Shown here one piece after another: positions 1 through 10,502 of a DNA stretch of 64,000 bases. Both the position numbers and the translations under genes were made by a program. The notes beneath the pieces were generated by a model. That model searched no databases and was not told the origin of the DNA. It was given only the letters and a program-made list of their open reading frames with translations. The DNA is taken from positions 64,001 through 128,000 of IMG/VR virus record IMGVR_UViG_3300017917_002349. One strand, 5' to 3'. The stretch comes from a virus. How positions within the stretch are numbered: position 1 is the stretch's first letter; the number at the start of each line of letters is the position of its first letter.

Positions 1-1358
1 TAGCTATGTTGCCGCGTCAGATGGGTAAGACCACATGTGCAACTGGTTATCTTCTATGGTACACTATGTTTGTACCAGAAGCACAGGTTCTTATCGCTGC
101 TCACAAATATGAAGGTGCGCAGGACATCATGAACCGCTATCGTTATGGTTATGAAAACCTGCCCGACTTTATACGTGCAGGAGTACATAGCTACAATAGA
201 AACACTATTGAATACGACAATGGGGCTCGTATACAGGCAACCACAACCACAGAAAATACTGGTCGTGGTAAATCTCTTTCTTTAATCTATTGCGACGAGT
301 TTGCATTCGTCCAACCCCCAGAAAAAGCCAAAGAGTTCTGGACTGCACTGTCACCAACACTATCAACAGGTGGTAAGTGTATTATCACATCAACACCAAA
401 CTCAGACGAAGATCAATTCGCTATGATATGGACTGAGGCAAATAATAAGTTTGATGAATATGGCAACGAACAGACCGTGGGTGTAAATGGTTTCTTTCCG
501 TATTTCGCACATTGGAACGAGCATCCGGATCGCGACGAAGAGTGGGCTAAAGTAGAAAGGGCTAAGATCGGTGACGAACGTTTCCGTAGAGAATTTGACT
601 GTGAATTCTTGATCTTTGATGAAACTCTAATCAACGCAGTAAAACTAGCAGACTTAAAAGGTATAGATCCTATGATGACCATGGGACAAACACGTTGGTA
701 TAAAGAAATTGATCCTCGCTGTACATATCTAGTGGCGCTGGATCCTAGTCTAGGTACAGGTGGTGATTATGGCGCTATACAGGTCTATGAAATGCCTAGC
801 ATGGAACAGGTAGCAGAATGGCGCCATAATCTGACTCCTATACAAACGCAGACAAAACATCTAAGAGATATTTGTAACTATATCAAGACACAAGGAGAAG
901 AAAAAGGCGGACATCCCCAGATTTATTATTCTGTAGAAAATAATACCGTGGGAGAAAGTGCTTTGATCTGTATCCAGAACCTGGGAGAAGAAAATATTCC
1001 AGGATTATTCTTATCGGAACCTATACGCAAAGGGCATGTGCGTAGATTCCGCAAAGGTTTTAATACCACACACAAGTCTAAGATTCTAGCCTGTAGCCAA
1101 CTAAAACATTTGCTTGAAACTAAAAAAATGGCTGTATACAGTAAACCGTTGGTATCCGAGCTTAAAACATACGTGGCCACTGGGGTAGGATTTAGAGCTA
1201 AAAAAGGCGAGCATGATGATCTTGTCTCGGCTACACTGTTGATCATGCGCATGGCTAACATACTCAGCGACTGGGATCCTAAGATCTACGAAAAAATGAC
1301 GGATAAATTAACTGAAGATCAACTGCCTATGCCTATATTCGTCAGCAGCGGTTTTTGA
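1..1358 (+). CDS. terL: Terminase large subunit (T4 gp17-like), 5'-truncated by the window
   Basis: Walker A PRQMGKTT, Walker B LIYCDEFAF, ITSTPN coupling motif, nuclease LDPS..GGDY and HDDLV. Confidence 0.95.
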   Translation, partial: AMLPRQMGKTTCATGYLLWYTMFVPEAQVLIAAHKYEGAQDIMNRYRYGYENLPDFIRAGVHSYNRNTIEYDNGARIQATTTTENTGRGKSLSLIYCDEFAFVQPPEKAKEFWTALSPTLSTGGKCIITSTPNSDEDQFAMIWTEANNKFDEYGNEQTVGVNGFFPYFAHWNEHPDRDEEWAKVERAKIGDERFRREFDCEFLIFDETLINAVKLADLKGIDPMMTMGQTRWYKEIDPRCTYLVALDPSLGTGGDYGAIQVYEMPSMEQVAEWRHNLTPIQTQTKHLRDICNYIKTQGEEKGGHPQIYYSVENNTVGESALICIQNLGEENIPGLFLSEPIRKGHVRRFRKGFNTTHKSKILACSQLKHLLETKKMAVYSKPLVSELKTYVATGVGFRAKKGEHDDLVSATLLIMRMANILSDWDPKIYEKMTDKLTEDQLPMPIFVSSGF

Positions 1359-1370
1359 ATAAATATACTT

Positions 1371-3242
1371 ATGGACGCAACAAACAATATTGCCACAGAT
1401 TTATTTTATAAAGTAAGAAGCAGATTTCAGGGCCTTAAATTAGGCGACGAAATGGGCCAAATTACTATTAACCCCGAACAGGCAAGATTTTTTGATTTCG
1501 ATTACATGGAAGGTGAAACTCCCATAGGACATGTCAGCATCAGCCTTGCTGAACCTAATTCTATGAAAGTTTATTTCAGTTCAGGAATAACAGAATCCAT
1601 GGACGGCAATCAAAAGACTAATTGGTACGGATTCTTAAAAGAACTTCGTGTGTTTGCCAAAAGACGACTAATGGCGTTCGATACCAGAGATATCGCCAAA
1701 GATAATTTAGATAAGAGAGATTACGCTTTTTTGAGTCAACATAATCAACCTCAAAAACCACAGGCTAATACTCTAGTGAAACCAGTTGGAGAAAATACAA
1801 TGAACGTCAGTGAAAGTATGATGTACGGTAGCAGCACTATGAGCTATCAAAAATTAATGGATACAAGATTGATTATCAAACACAACAAGGCCCTTACAGA
1901 CGATAGCCAGCCTGGTGCAAGAACTAGAAATATTTCAGCATTGTTTGTCGAAAATCAAGACGGAGAAAGATTTAAGTATCCGTTTATACATCTTGCAGGT
2001 GCTCGTGCTATGCAACGACACGTTGCCAACGGCGGTGTACCCTATGATGAAATTGGCAAAAGTATAGTAAGGATGAGCGAAGAAATCGCTGCTTTAAAAA
2101 GTTTTGGTAATTATGTAGTTCGTAATGATCTAATGAATACTGACAATAATAATATTGTTGAAAGAAGTTCACATTACCTTGATAGTCTAAGAGAACAAAT
2201 CAAAGCATTAGCAAAACAAGGTCACTATGAAGCATACAAAGAAAATTTTCAGGCACAAGAACAAGTAGAAGTTCCTGACGAAGTAATTAATCAATATACA
2301 GAACAATTTACTGTAAAGAATTTCAAAGAAGATATTAAATCAGTTTTTCCGGTATTGTTCCGCCTGATGCAGGAAGAAAATACCTTAGGCTATGACGACA
2401 TAGTCGCAATGACAACCAACGAAAATATTAATGATGAAATAGAGATAGATGAATCCGATGATCCGTTTGAAAAATTCGAATCATGGATAATGAATCTAGG
2501 AGAGGAATCGGCGATCACAAGCCAAGACAGCGAAGAACAAGCACAGGCAGTGAAAGAATTACAAGAATTAGTAGGACAGCATTTTCCTGCAGGTGTAGAT
2601 GGCACTAATGCCATTCAAAGTCTAAAGGGTATAATCGATGATCCTAAATTATTCAAACAAATTAAAGAAATCAGTAAAGAAGATCCCGACAGTTGTGTTA
2701 GAGGCCTTGTTAAAGATTGGTTAGAACAAAATGCTCCAGAGACATTGGAACAACTAGACTTTGGCGATTATACTGAAGAACCAGAAACAGAATACAACGA
2801 CGCCACCGATTCTTATCCAGGAGAACCTAACGGTCCTGCAGAAGAGGCCAGCGATCCTAATCATCCTGAATATGACAAGGCCGACGACTACGATCTATCA
2901 CCGGCCCAGAGAGGCAAAGGCACTGACAAATATCGTTTACCGGATACAAAGAAACACGATGATCGACATAAACGAGATTTTCAAAAACGTGCAGGCACTT
3001 ATAAAGGTGAAGGCAGTGAACAATTAAATGTACAAGAACTCGCAGAATTTATCACTTCATTCTATGACAGAGATTCTGGAACATTTCCAAAAGGCCCAGA
3101 AGGTGTAGCATTGATGGTAGGCAAGAAATTTGGTGAACAGGCAGAGTCGGTAGCTCGTAAATTTGTCGAAAGAATGGCTCCGCAGCAAACCACAGAGCAT
3201 AATCCTGAATTGGCACGTATTAAAGAACTAGCAAGAATTTAA
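1371..3242 (+). CDS. Hypothetical 623-aa acidic protein, probably virion/late
   Basis: Long ORF directly after a TAAATA late-promoter-like box (1360-1365). Confidence 0.75.
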   Translation: MDATNNIATDLFYKVRSRFQGLKLGDEMGQITINPEQARFFDFDYMEGETPIGHVSISLAEPNSMKVYFSSGITESMDGNQKTNWYGFLKELRVFAKRRLMAFDTRDIAKDNLDKRDYAFLSQHNQPQKPQANTLVKPVGENTMNVSESMMYGSSTMSYQKLMDTRLIIKHNKALTDDSQPGARTRNISALFVENQDGERFKYPFIHLAGARAMQRHVANGGVPYDEIGKSIVRMSEEIAALKSFGNYVVRNDLMNTDNNNIVERSSHYLDSLREQIKALAKQGHYEAYKENFQAQEQVEVPDEVINQYTEQFTVKNFKEDIKSVFPVLFRLMQEENTLGYDDIVAMTTNENINDEIEIDESDDPFEKFESWIMNLGEESAITSQDSEEQAQAVKELQELVGQHFPAGVDGTNAIQSLKGIIDDPKLFKQIKEISKEDPDSCVRGLVKDWLEQNAPETLEQLDFGDYTEEPETEYNDATDSYPGEPNGPAEEASDPNHPEYDKADDYDLSPAQRGKGTDKYRLPDTKKHDDRHKRDFQKRAGTYKGEGSEQLNVQELAEFITSFYDRDSGTFPKGPEGVALMVGKKFGEQAESVARKFVERMAPQQTTEHNPELARIKELARI

Positions 3243-3264
3243 TATCATATGTAGCAGATAGATT

Positions 3265-3288
3265 GGGCACTTCGGTGCCCTTTCTTTT
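3265..3288 (+). terminator. Intrinsic terminator
   Basis: GGGCAC-TTCG-GTGCCC stem with UUCG tetraloop and TTTCTTTT tail. Confidence 0.9.
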
Positions 3289-3384
3289 GGATAAAAATGT
3301 GTTACACAAATTTACAATAAATGTCAACGAAAAATCTCTCTGTGGCGTTATAATAGTAAGTAGTTAGACAACAGGAGAACATTT

Positions 3385-3687
3385 ATGAAAAAACTCGTTT
3401 CCGTTACATTAGCTGTATTAATGATGTCAGCTACCGCAAGTCAAGCCAATCCAAATCATCATCATCACGGTCACGGTCACTATGGTTGGGTGGCACCTTT
3501 GGTATTGGGGGGTGTAGCAGGATATGTTATAGCCAACAGACCACAACCACAACCACCCACAGTTATCGTACAACAACCACCAAATCCTACATCTGTTCCG
3601 TTTCCAGTCCCACCGTACGGATATAGATATGAACAAATTCTCGATGCCTATTGTAATTGTTATCGATGGGTATTGGTATCAAACTAA
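3385..3687 (+). CDS. Exported His/Pro-rich small protein
   Basis: AGGAG RBS, signal peptide, HHHHGHGH, hydrophobic segment, Pro-rich tail ending CNCYRWV. Confidence 0.75.
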   Translation: MKKLVSVTLAVLMMSATASQANPNHHHHGHGHYGWVAPLVLGGVAGYVIANRPQPQPPTVIVQQPPNPTSVPFPVPPYGYRYEQILDAYCNCYRWVLVSN

Positions 3688-3728
3688 TTGTAGTAAATTA
3701 GTACTTCATAAACTTTAAGGAGATTAAT

Positions 3729-3929
3729 ATGAAGAAAGTAGCTCTAGTAATCGCATCATTATTTGCAGTCACAGCTTTTGCAGCTGAGCCAGCAAAGAAA
3801 GAAGAAAAGAAAGCAGAAGCCAAGCCGGCCGCAGCAGCACCAGCAGCACCAGCATCAGCAGCCAAACCCGCTGAAAAGAAAGCTGAGCCTGCCAAAAGCG
3901 ACAAAAAGGCAGAGCCTGCTAAGAAGTAA
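3729..3929 (+). CDS. Exported Ala/Lys/Pro-rich low-complexity peptide
   Basis: AGGAG RBS, signal peptide ending AFA, AEPAKK repeats. Confidence 0.75.
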   Translation: MKKVALVIASLFAVTAFAAEPAKKEEKKAEAKPAAAAPAAPASAAKPAEKKAEPAKSDKKAEPAKK

Positions 3930-4110
3930 TCCTCATAGGGTCTATGTTCTAACAGCCGATGAATCAGAAGTCGAGCTAGCATTTGATGATGCTGTTCACC
4001 GAAGTTACAGACGCCCAAGAATAGAAGAACCCGACGAAGATGACGATCTTCCAGAATATATTAAATGGAGATTGTTTTTAGCAAGACAGTTAGCATTGCT
4101 GAAGTATAAG

Positions 4111-4139
4111 GAAAAGCGGGCATGACCCGCTTTTCTTTT
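4111..4139 (+). terminator. Intrinsic terminator
   Basis: GAAAAGCGGG-CATGA-CCCGCTTTTC followed by TTTT. Confidence 0.85.
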
Positions 4140-4245
4140 GGCAAAAAATATTTAGAAAATCATTGACCTTGCTAAATAAAATACGCATAATATACATATG
4201 CGCAAGGCATACATTTTAAGGCAAAATATAGGAGGCTAGATTAAA

Positions 4246-5223
4246 ATGGCAACATTAGCAGAAATCCGTGCGAAACTTCAAGAAGCACAAAACAAGTCTA
4301 CAGGAAACTCCACCGGCGGTGGCGACAACGCAATTTACCCACATTGGAACATGCAAGAAGGCAAAGAGGCCGTGGTACGGTTCTTACCTGATGGCAATCC
4401 TAACAACACATTCTTTTGGGTAGAACGTGCGATGATTAAATTGCCGTTCGCAGGCGTAAAAGGTGAAACAGATTCACGTCAAGTACAGGTGCAGGTGCCC
4501 TGCGTTGAAATGTACAACGATGGATCAGTATGTCCAATCCTTAGCGAAGTACGTGGTTGGTTCAAAGACAAGAGCCTAGAAGAAATGGGTCGTAAGTATT
4601 GGAAGAAGCGTTCATACATCTTCCAAGGATTTATTGTCGAAGATCCACTAAAGGAAGATACAACACCAGAAAATCCAATCCGTAGATTTATCATCGGTCC
4701 TCAGATCTATCAAATCATCCGTTCTGCTCTAATGGATCCTGAGTTGGAAGAACTGCCAACTGACTATCTTAGAGGCGTTGATTTCCGCATCGCAAAAACC
4801 AGTAAAGGCGGATTTGCAGACTATTCTACTAGTAAGTGGAGTCGCAGAGAACGTGCATTGACTGATATTGAAAAAGCAGCCATTGAGACTCATAACCTAT
4901 TCGACCTATCAGCATTCTTACCAAAGAAGCCAACTGATGTTGAACTTAAGGTCATGAAAGAAATGTTTGAAGCATCTGTAGACGGCGAAGCCTATGACAT
5001 GGAACGTTGGGGTCAGTATTTCAAGCCAGCAGGTATGAGTGCTGCCACAGGTGATCCAGTGGCTAAAACATCTGCTCGTTCTGCTCCGGTAGACGAAGAC
5101 CAAGACGACGAACCAGCTAGTGCTCCGGCGCCAACGCCAACAGCGGCACCAGCGGCATCTAATGAAAGCGCATCACGTGCTCAAGATATATTGGCAATGA
5201 TTCGCAATCGTCAAAAACAATAA
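4246..5223 (+). CDS. Single-stranded DNA-binding protein (T4 gp32-like)
   Basis: VRFLPD, Zn-ligand Cys residues, DFRIAKTSKGGFADYSTSKW, acidic tail; next to uvsX. Confidence 0.9.
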   Translation: MATLAEIRAKLQEAQNKSTGNSTGGGDNAIYPHWNMQEGKEAVVRFLPDGNPNNTFFWVERAMIKLPFAGVKGETDSRQVQVQVPCVEMYNDGSVCPILSEVRGWFKDKSLEEMGRKYWKKRSYIFQGFIVEDPLKEDTTPENPIRRFIIGPQIYQIIRSALMDPELEELPTDYLRGVDFRIAKTSKGGFADYSTSKWSRRERALTDIEKAAIETHNLFDLSAFLPKKPTDVELKVMKEMFEASVDGEAYDMERWGQYFKPAGMSAATGDPVAKTSARSAPVDEDQDDEPASAPAPTPTAAPAASNESASRAQDILAMIRNRQKQ

Positions 5224-5289
5224 ACACGGCTCGGGCCTCTGTGATCTAGTCACACGCCCAAGTTCTCACACCTATTAGGAGAATATAAA

Positions 5290-5481
5290 ATGGCAAAATT
5301 AAACAAACTGGCAAAAGTAAATGAAAGTATCACTATCAATCGTTATGACAATGCATGGATGGTTGAGATCGGTGGCCGCGACAAAAAAGAAGAATGGAAG
5401 ACCGCCAAGACTGTGTGTAATACAGAACAAGAACTCATTGAATTAATCAAAGAGTACAACACTATGGACTTAGACAACTAA
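5290..5481 (+). CDS. Hypothetical protein
   Basis: AGGAG RBS, operon packing with uvsX. Confidence 0.75.
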   Translation: MAKLNKLAKVNESITINRYDNAWMVEIGGRDKKEEWKTAKTVCNTEQELIELIKEYNTMDLDN

Positions 5482-5482
5482 T

Positions 5483-6562
5483 ATGGCAAAAGCATTCGAT
5501 GTAAGTAAATTTAGAAAAAGCCTTACTAAAAATATCGAAGGTCTTAGTATTGGTTTTAATGATCCCACAGATTGGGTCAGCACAGGTAACTATGCTCTCA
5601 ATTATCTAATCAGTGGTGATTTTCATAGGGGAGTCCCTCTAGGTAAAGTTACTGTGTTTGCTGGCGAGAGTGGTGCAGGAAAATCATTTATCTGTTCAGG
5701 CAACCTAGTTCGACATGCACAACAACAAGGAATTTTTGTTGTGCTGATTGACTCAGAAAATGCCTTAGATGAAAAATGGCTGCATGCTCTTAATGTCGAT
5801 ACTTCGGAAGATAAATTGCTTAAGTTGAACATGGCAATGATTGACGATGTGGCCAAAACCATAAATGAGTTCATGGCAGAATACAAAGGCATGCCGGAAG
5901 AAGATCGTCCTAAGGTGCTGTTTGTTATTGATTCTTTGGGAATGTTGTTGACTCCCACAGATGTCAATCAGTTCGAAGCAGGTGATTTGAAAGGTGACAT
6001 GGGTCGTAAGCCCAAGGCCTTAACAGCATTGGTTCGTAACTGTGTTAACATGTTTGGTAGTGCAAATGTTGGATTGGTGGCAACTAATCATACCTATGCC
6101 AGTCAAGACATGTTTGACCCCGATGATAAAATCTCAGGCGGACAAGGATTTATCTATGCGTCTAGTATTGTTGTTGCTATGAAAAAACTCAAGCTCAAAG
6201 AAGATGAGGATGGCAACAAAATCTCAGAAGTCAAAGGTATTCGCGCTGCCTGTAAGATTATGAAAACACGATATGCAAAACCTTTTGAAAGTGTACAGGT
6301 AAAGATTCCTTACGAAACAGGTATGAATCCATATAGCGGGTTAACAGACTTAGCAGAAGCAAAAAATCTTCTTAAGAAAGATGGTAACAGATTATCTTAC
6401 GTCAGCAAAGACGGCGAGATATTAAAATTATATAGAAAAGAGTGGGAAAGAAACGAAGGCGGGTGTCTTGATATTGTTATGGCTGACTTTTCAAAAGTCG
6501 GTGAAAATTCTTCAACAGAGATAACTAATACTGTTACACCAACCTTGGAGACCGCTGAATGA
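5483..6562 (+). CDS. uvsX: RecA-like recombinase UvsX
   Basis: GESGAGKS Walker A, DSENALD, VIDSLG, SGGQG. Confidence 0.93.
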   Translation: MAKAFDVSKFRKSLTKNIEGLSIGFNDPTDWVSTGNYALNYLISGDFHRGVPLGKVTVFAGESGAGKSFICSGNLVRHAQQQGIFVVLIDSENALDEKWLHALNVDTSEDKLLKLNMAMIDDVAKTINEFMAEYKGMPEEDRPKVLFVIDSLGMLLTPTDVNQFEAGDLKGDMGRKPKALTALVRNCVNMFGSANVGLVATNHTYASQDMFDPDDKISGGQGFIYASSIVVAMKKLKLKEDEDGNKISEVKGIRAACKIMKTRYAKPFESVQVKIPYETGMNPYSGLTDLAEAKNLLKKDGNRLSYVSKDGEILKLYRKEWERNEGGCLDIVMADFSKVGENSSTEITNTVTPTLETAE

Positions 6563-6795
6563 AGGAAGATTTAATTGCAGATCTCTGGAGCGTGATGATT
6601 GAACACATTCCAGAAAAATATCGTAAAGATGTTGCTGCCGATTATGTTAACACATTGCTAGATCATGGCATAAAAACTTCTATACTAGAAGGATTACAAG
6701 GCATCGATCCTTATCTAGATGATGCTCTTGACTATGCCATGGATGGTGATGATCCATCGGATGACGACGAAGATTATTACGAAGACGAGGATTAA
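6559..6795 (+). CDS. Hypothetical acidic protein
   Basis: Overlapping start/stop with both neighbours. Confidence 0.75.
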   Translation: MKEDLIADLWSVMIEHIPEKYRKDVAADYVNTLLDHGIKTSILEGLQGIDPYLDDALDYAMDGDDPSDDDEDYYEDED

Positions 6796-7250
6796 TGAAC
6801 TGGTACGATCGAGTTTCAAAAGATATTTCAAATATACCAGATGCTGTGGCATTCTATGAGGCTGAATTATTAGCAGCGAAGAATGATGCTCGCATAGCGG
6901 GAAACATTGAAAGAGCCTCTGCTGCGATGCCTGGCATTGTTGAAAATAGATTTAATCAACTTCAAGAAATTGAAGCTATACTTGAATATCTAAACATTGA
7001 GCTCCGTCGACTTCGTAGCCAACATTTTCGTAAGTATCTCGAAAACTATCAACGTGCTTTGTCCTCTAGAGATTGTGAAAAGTTTGTAGAGGGCGAAGCA
7101 GACGTTGTTGATTTTGAAAAAATTATCAATGATTTTGCCTTGCTTAGAAATAAATGGTTAGGCATTATCAAAGCCTTGGATATTAAACAATGGCAGTTGA
7201 GTAATATTGTAAAACTTAGAACTGCCGGATTAGAAGATGCTACTCTATGA
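6795..7250 (+). CDS. uvsY: Recombination mediator, UvsY-like
   Basis: All-helical about 150 aa, C-terminal KQWQLSNIVKLRTAG, near uvsX. Confidence 0.8.
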   Translation: MNWYDRVSKDISNIPDAVAFYEAELLAAKNDARIAGNIERASAAMPGIVENRFNQLQEIEAILEYLNIELRRLRSQHFRKYLENYQRALSSRDCEKFVEGEADVVDFEKIINDFALLRNKWLGIIKALDIKQWQLSNIVKLRTAGLEDATL

Positions 7251-8212
7251 ATATCTTAGTTACAGGCGGGTTAGGCCTCATCGGTCATAACATAGTACAG
7301 AAATTAAATAATCAAGGACACAAGGTTATTGTTTACGATAACTGTACTACCTATGGAATTATCCCTCAAGCAGAATTAGATTATCTCATCGCCGAGCGTA
7401 AAAAATTAATCGGCGATGTAGAAATACATGAAAATGATATTCTTCAAGGTAGTATGTTTGATTGGCTGCTACCTAAACATAACATCGAAGCCATTATTCA
7501 TCTAGCAAGTTTTCCCAGGCAGAAAGTAGTTAATGCTAATCCTTGTTGGGGTAGCACTGTGATGAGTACAGGACTTTTGATGCTACTAGAAAAAGCAGTT
7601 CAACACGGTGTTCGTAGATTTACCTATGCAAGCTCTAGCATGGTATATGGAGATTTCGAAGACTACGTTACCGAAGATGCGGTATGTAGACCACAAGGCC
7701 AATACGGCATTTTGAAATTAGCAGGCGAATGGTTAGTCAAAGACTATACCCGCAAGTATGGCATCGAGCACACTATTCTTAGACCCAGCGCCGTCTATGG
7801 GCCATTAGATGTTGAAGATAGAGTTATTTCTAAATTCTTACTTACTGCGATGCGAGGTCAAACCCTCAAGGTAAATGGACGCAATGAGACTTTAGATTTC
7901 ACATATGTAGACGATGCAGCCACAGGATTTGTAAATGCTACCTTGTCTCCTATTGCGGCTAACAACACCTATAATATAACCAAGAGTCATAGTTATACCT
8001 TATTGGCCGCTGCTGAACTAGCTATAACGTTAGCAGGAAGAGGCGGTATTGAAGTTAGAGACAAGGACGCAGATTTTCCTAGTCGTGGTGCTCTGGATAT
8101 AACCAAAGCTCGTAGAGATTTTGATTTTTCCCCTAAAGTAGATATAGAAGAAGGTTTTGAAATTTATTACAAGTGGTTAACAGAATCGCCTTATTGGCAA
8201 TCTAATCTTTAA
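7247..8212 (+). CDS. NAD-dependent epimerase/dehydratase
   Basis: GGLGLIG, SSSMVYG, YGILK (YxxxK). Confidence 0.92.
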   Translation: MNILVTGGLGLIGHNIVQKLNNQGHKVIVYDNCTTYGIIPQAELDYLIAERKKLIGDVEIHENDILQGSMFDWLLPKHNIEAIIHLASFPRQKVVNANPCWGSTVMSTGLLMLLEKAVQHGVRRFTYASSSMVYGDFEDYVTEDAVCRPQGQYGILKLAGEWLVKDYTRKYGIEHTILRPSAVYGPLDVEDRVISKFLLTAMRGQTLKVNGRNETLDFTYVDDAATGFVNATLSPIAANNTYNITKSHSYTLLAAAELAITLAGRGGIEVRDKDADFPSRGALDITKARRDFDFSPKVDIEEGFEIYYKWLTESPYWQSNL

Positions 8213-8243
8213 TCTGCAATAAAATACCCATATAAATAAGACT

Positions 8244-9008
8244 ATGAAAATAGTCTTAGTCACAGGGGGTTTTGACCCCATACATTCTGGGCATATTGCC
8301 TATTTCAAGGCAGCCAAACAACTTGGTGATATTTTGATAGTTGGTGTCAATTCTGACGCATGGCTGGCACGGAAGAAAGGTGCAGCATTTATGCCCAGCA
8401 CTGAACGTATATCTATAATCGAAAATATCAAAGCAGTAGATGGTGTTCTACTGTTCGACGACAACGATGGATCAGCCAAAGAAGCTATTAAAAATGTACG
8501 TCGATTATATCCAGACAGTAAAATAATTTTCGCCAATGGCGGTGATCGCACCTCATCAAATATCCCGGAAATGGACATCATAGATGATAACCTAGAGTTT
8601 GCCTTTGGTGTAGGCGGCGAAAACAAAATGAATTCTAGTTCTTGGATACTTGAAGAATGGAAAGCACCTAAAACACAACGTCCTTGGGGATATTATAGAG
8701 TCTTGCACGAAAACGGTAAAGAGGTTAAGTTGAAAGAGCTAACTGTAGATCCTGGTAAGAGACTATCAATGCAACGCCACAAGGACAGAGGTGAAATATG
8801 GTTTGTTGCAGAGGGCATAGCTACATTGTATTATATCGATGATCGAACTACTGACGTTGAACTAAGTGGACACTATAAAAAGTTTCAAACATTGTTTATT
8901 TCTAACAACGAATGGCATCAGCTCAGCAACGAATCTGATCGACCACTAAAAATCGTTGAAATCCAATACGGCGAGCGATGTGAAGAAGAGGATATAGAAA
9001 GAAAATGA
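8244..9008 (+). CDS. Cytidylyltransferase-like domain fused to mannose-6-phosphate-isomerase-type cupin
   Basis: GGFDPIHSGH (HxGH), then RPWGYY..LSMQRH..EIQYG. Confidence 0.88.
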   Translation: MKIVLVTGGFDPIHSGHIAYFKAAKQLGDILIVGVNSDAWLARKKGAAFMPSTERISIIENIKAVDGVLLFDDNDGSAKEAIKNVRRLYPDSKIIFANGGDRTSSNIPEMDIIDDNLEFAFGVGGENKMNSSSWILEEWKAPKTQRPWGYYRVLHENGKEVKLKELTVDPGKRLSMQRHKDRGEIWFVAEGIATLYYIDDRTTDVELSGHYKKFQTLFISNNEWHQLSNESDRPLKIVEIQYGERCEEEDIERK

Positions 9009-9685
9009 TTCCTGTATTCATTGGTTACGATCCTAGAGAAGCTATCGCATATCATGTTTGTTCTAACAGTATTATTAGGCGTTCTAGTCAACCTGTTACC
9101 ATAGCGCCATTGGCTCTTAACATATTAAAAGATTATAAAGAAACTCACACAGACGGTAGTAATCATTTTATCTACAGTCGATTTCTAGTACCGCATCTAA
9201 TGAACTATAGAGGATGGGCCATATTCATCGACGGTGATATGATATTCAGAGACGATGTAGTTAACTTATGGAATCTTCGAGATGAATCAAAAGCCGTTAT
9301 GGTGGTCAAACATGATTATCAAACTAAGATGCTGGAAAAATATCTTGGTTCAAAAAATGAAAACTATCCCAGAAAGAATTGGTCAAGCGTCATCCTATGG
9401 AATTGCGGGCACCCCGCTAATCAATCCGTTACACCAGAATTCGTCCAACAAGCCACAGGAGCACAGGTCCACAGATTCTCTTGGTTGACCGATGATCTTA
9501 TAGGTGCCTTACCCATGGAATGGAATTGGTTAGATTTAGAATACGAATATAATCATGATGCCAAACTAGTACATTATACTTTAGGAACTCCTTGCTTTCA
9601 CGAATTTGCAGATCAGGGAGATTTTGCCGACGAGTGGCATCGGGAACGCATATACACAGATTACTGCCAGCAAAAAAATATATGA
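9005..9685 (+). CDS. Glycosyltransferase (GT-A, GT8-like)
   Basis: IGYDPRE, FIDGDM (DxD), RKNWSS, HYTLG. Confidence 0.85.
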   Translation: MIPVFIGYDPREAIAYHVCSNSIIRRSSQPVTIAPLALNILKDYKETHTDGSNHFIYSRFLVPHLMNYRGWAIFIDGDMIFRDDVVNLWNLRDESKAVMVVKHDYQTKMLEKYLGSKNENYPRKNWSSVILWNCGHPANQSVTPEFVQQATGAQVHRFSWLTDDLIGALPMEWNWLDLEYEYNHDAKLVHYTLGTPCFHEFADQGDFADEWHRERIYTDYCQQKNI

Positions 9686-10500
9686 ACAATTGGATTTTTC
9701 TCAGCAAGGACGGCGAAGATGAATATGTCAATATGTTTGCCATCGGTACCGGAGGTAGAGTAATATCTACACAAGATTTCGTATTTGAAGATTCAAACGA
9801 CCCCTTGGTTATTAGGGGAATACTTAAGAAAAAGATCATACAAGAATGTTGGAAAACCAATAGAGATTTTTATTTTATAGATACCGGATACTTAGGTAAT
9901 CAAAAAGGTCCGCTTAACCCCATGGGATGGAAATACTATCATCGTATTGTCAAAAATGATCTTCAATATGCGGGTGACATTATTCCTAGACCCGACGATC
10001 GTTTTAGAAAATTAGCTGTTCCTATCATGCCGTGGAAACGTGGAGGAAGGAAAATATTGATTGCTAAACCCGATGATAAACCTATGAGATTTTACGGATT
10101 AGATCTAGAGCAGTGGTTAGAACAAACTATTAATACGATTCAACAATATTCAGATAGAGAAATAGTTGTCCGAGAAAGAGTGAAGAGTAGGACAGATAGA
10201 ATGGTACATAATACTCTTAAAGAGGCTCTAGATGATGATGTACACTGTCTAGTAACTTTTAACAGCAATGCCGCTACAGAATCAGTATTACATGGAATAC
10301 CTGCCTTTACACTGGCTCCTAGTCATGCTGCGGGACCAGTATGTAGCAATGATCTTTCTCGGATTGAAAATCCTTATTATCCAGACAAAGACAAAGTGCA
10401 TGCATGGGCCTGTCATTTAGCATATCTTCAGTTTCATAATCATGAGCTTAGGGATGGTTCTGCTAAAAGACTTATAGAACAAACTTATTCAGGAATCTAA
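9682..10500 (+). CDS. Capsule-polysaccharide-synthesis-like (GT-B) protein, paralog 1
   Basis: TFNSNAATESVLHGIP and W..HLAYLQF..E..G tail shared with three paralogs; start moved to ATG 9682. Confidence 0.65.
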   Translation: MNNWIFLSKDGEDEYVNMFAIGTGGRVISTQDFVFEDSNDPLVIRGILKKKIIQECWKTNRDFYFIDTGYLGNQKGPLNPMGWKYYHRIVKNDLQYAGDIIPRPDDRFRKLAVPIMPWKRGGRKILIAKPDDKPMRFYGLDLEQWLEQTINTIQQYSDREIVVRERVKSRTDRMVHNTLKEALDDDVHCLVTFNSNAATESVLHGIPAFTLAPSHAAGPVCSNDLSRIENPYYPDKDKVHAWACHLAYLQFHNHELRDGSAKRLIEQTYSGI

Positions 10501-10502
10501 AA

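Noticed and set aside
5224-5289. gp32 3'UTR (GAUCUAGUC) pairing with its own RBS region
   Set aside because: Only 9 bp including two G-U wobbles; too weak to distinguish from chance.
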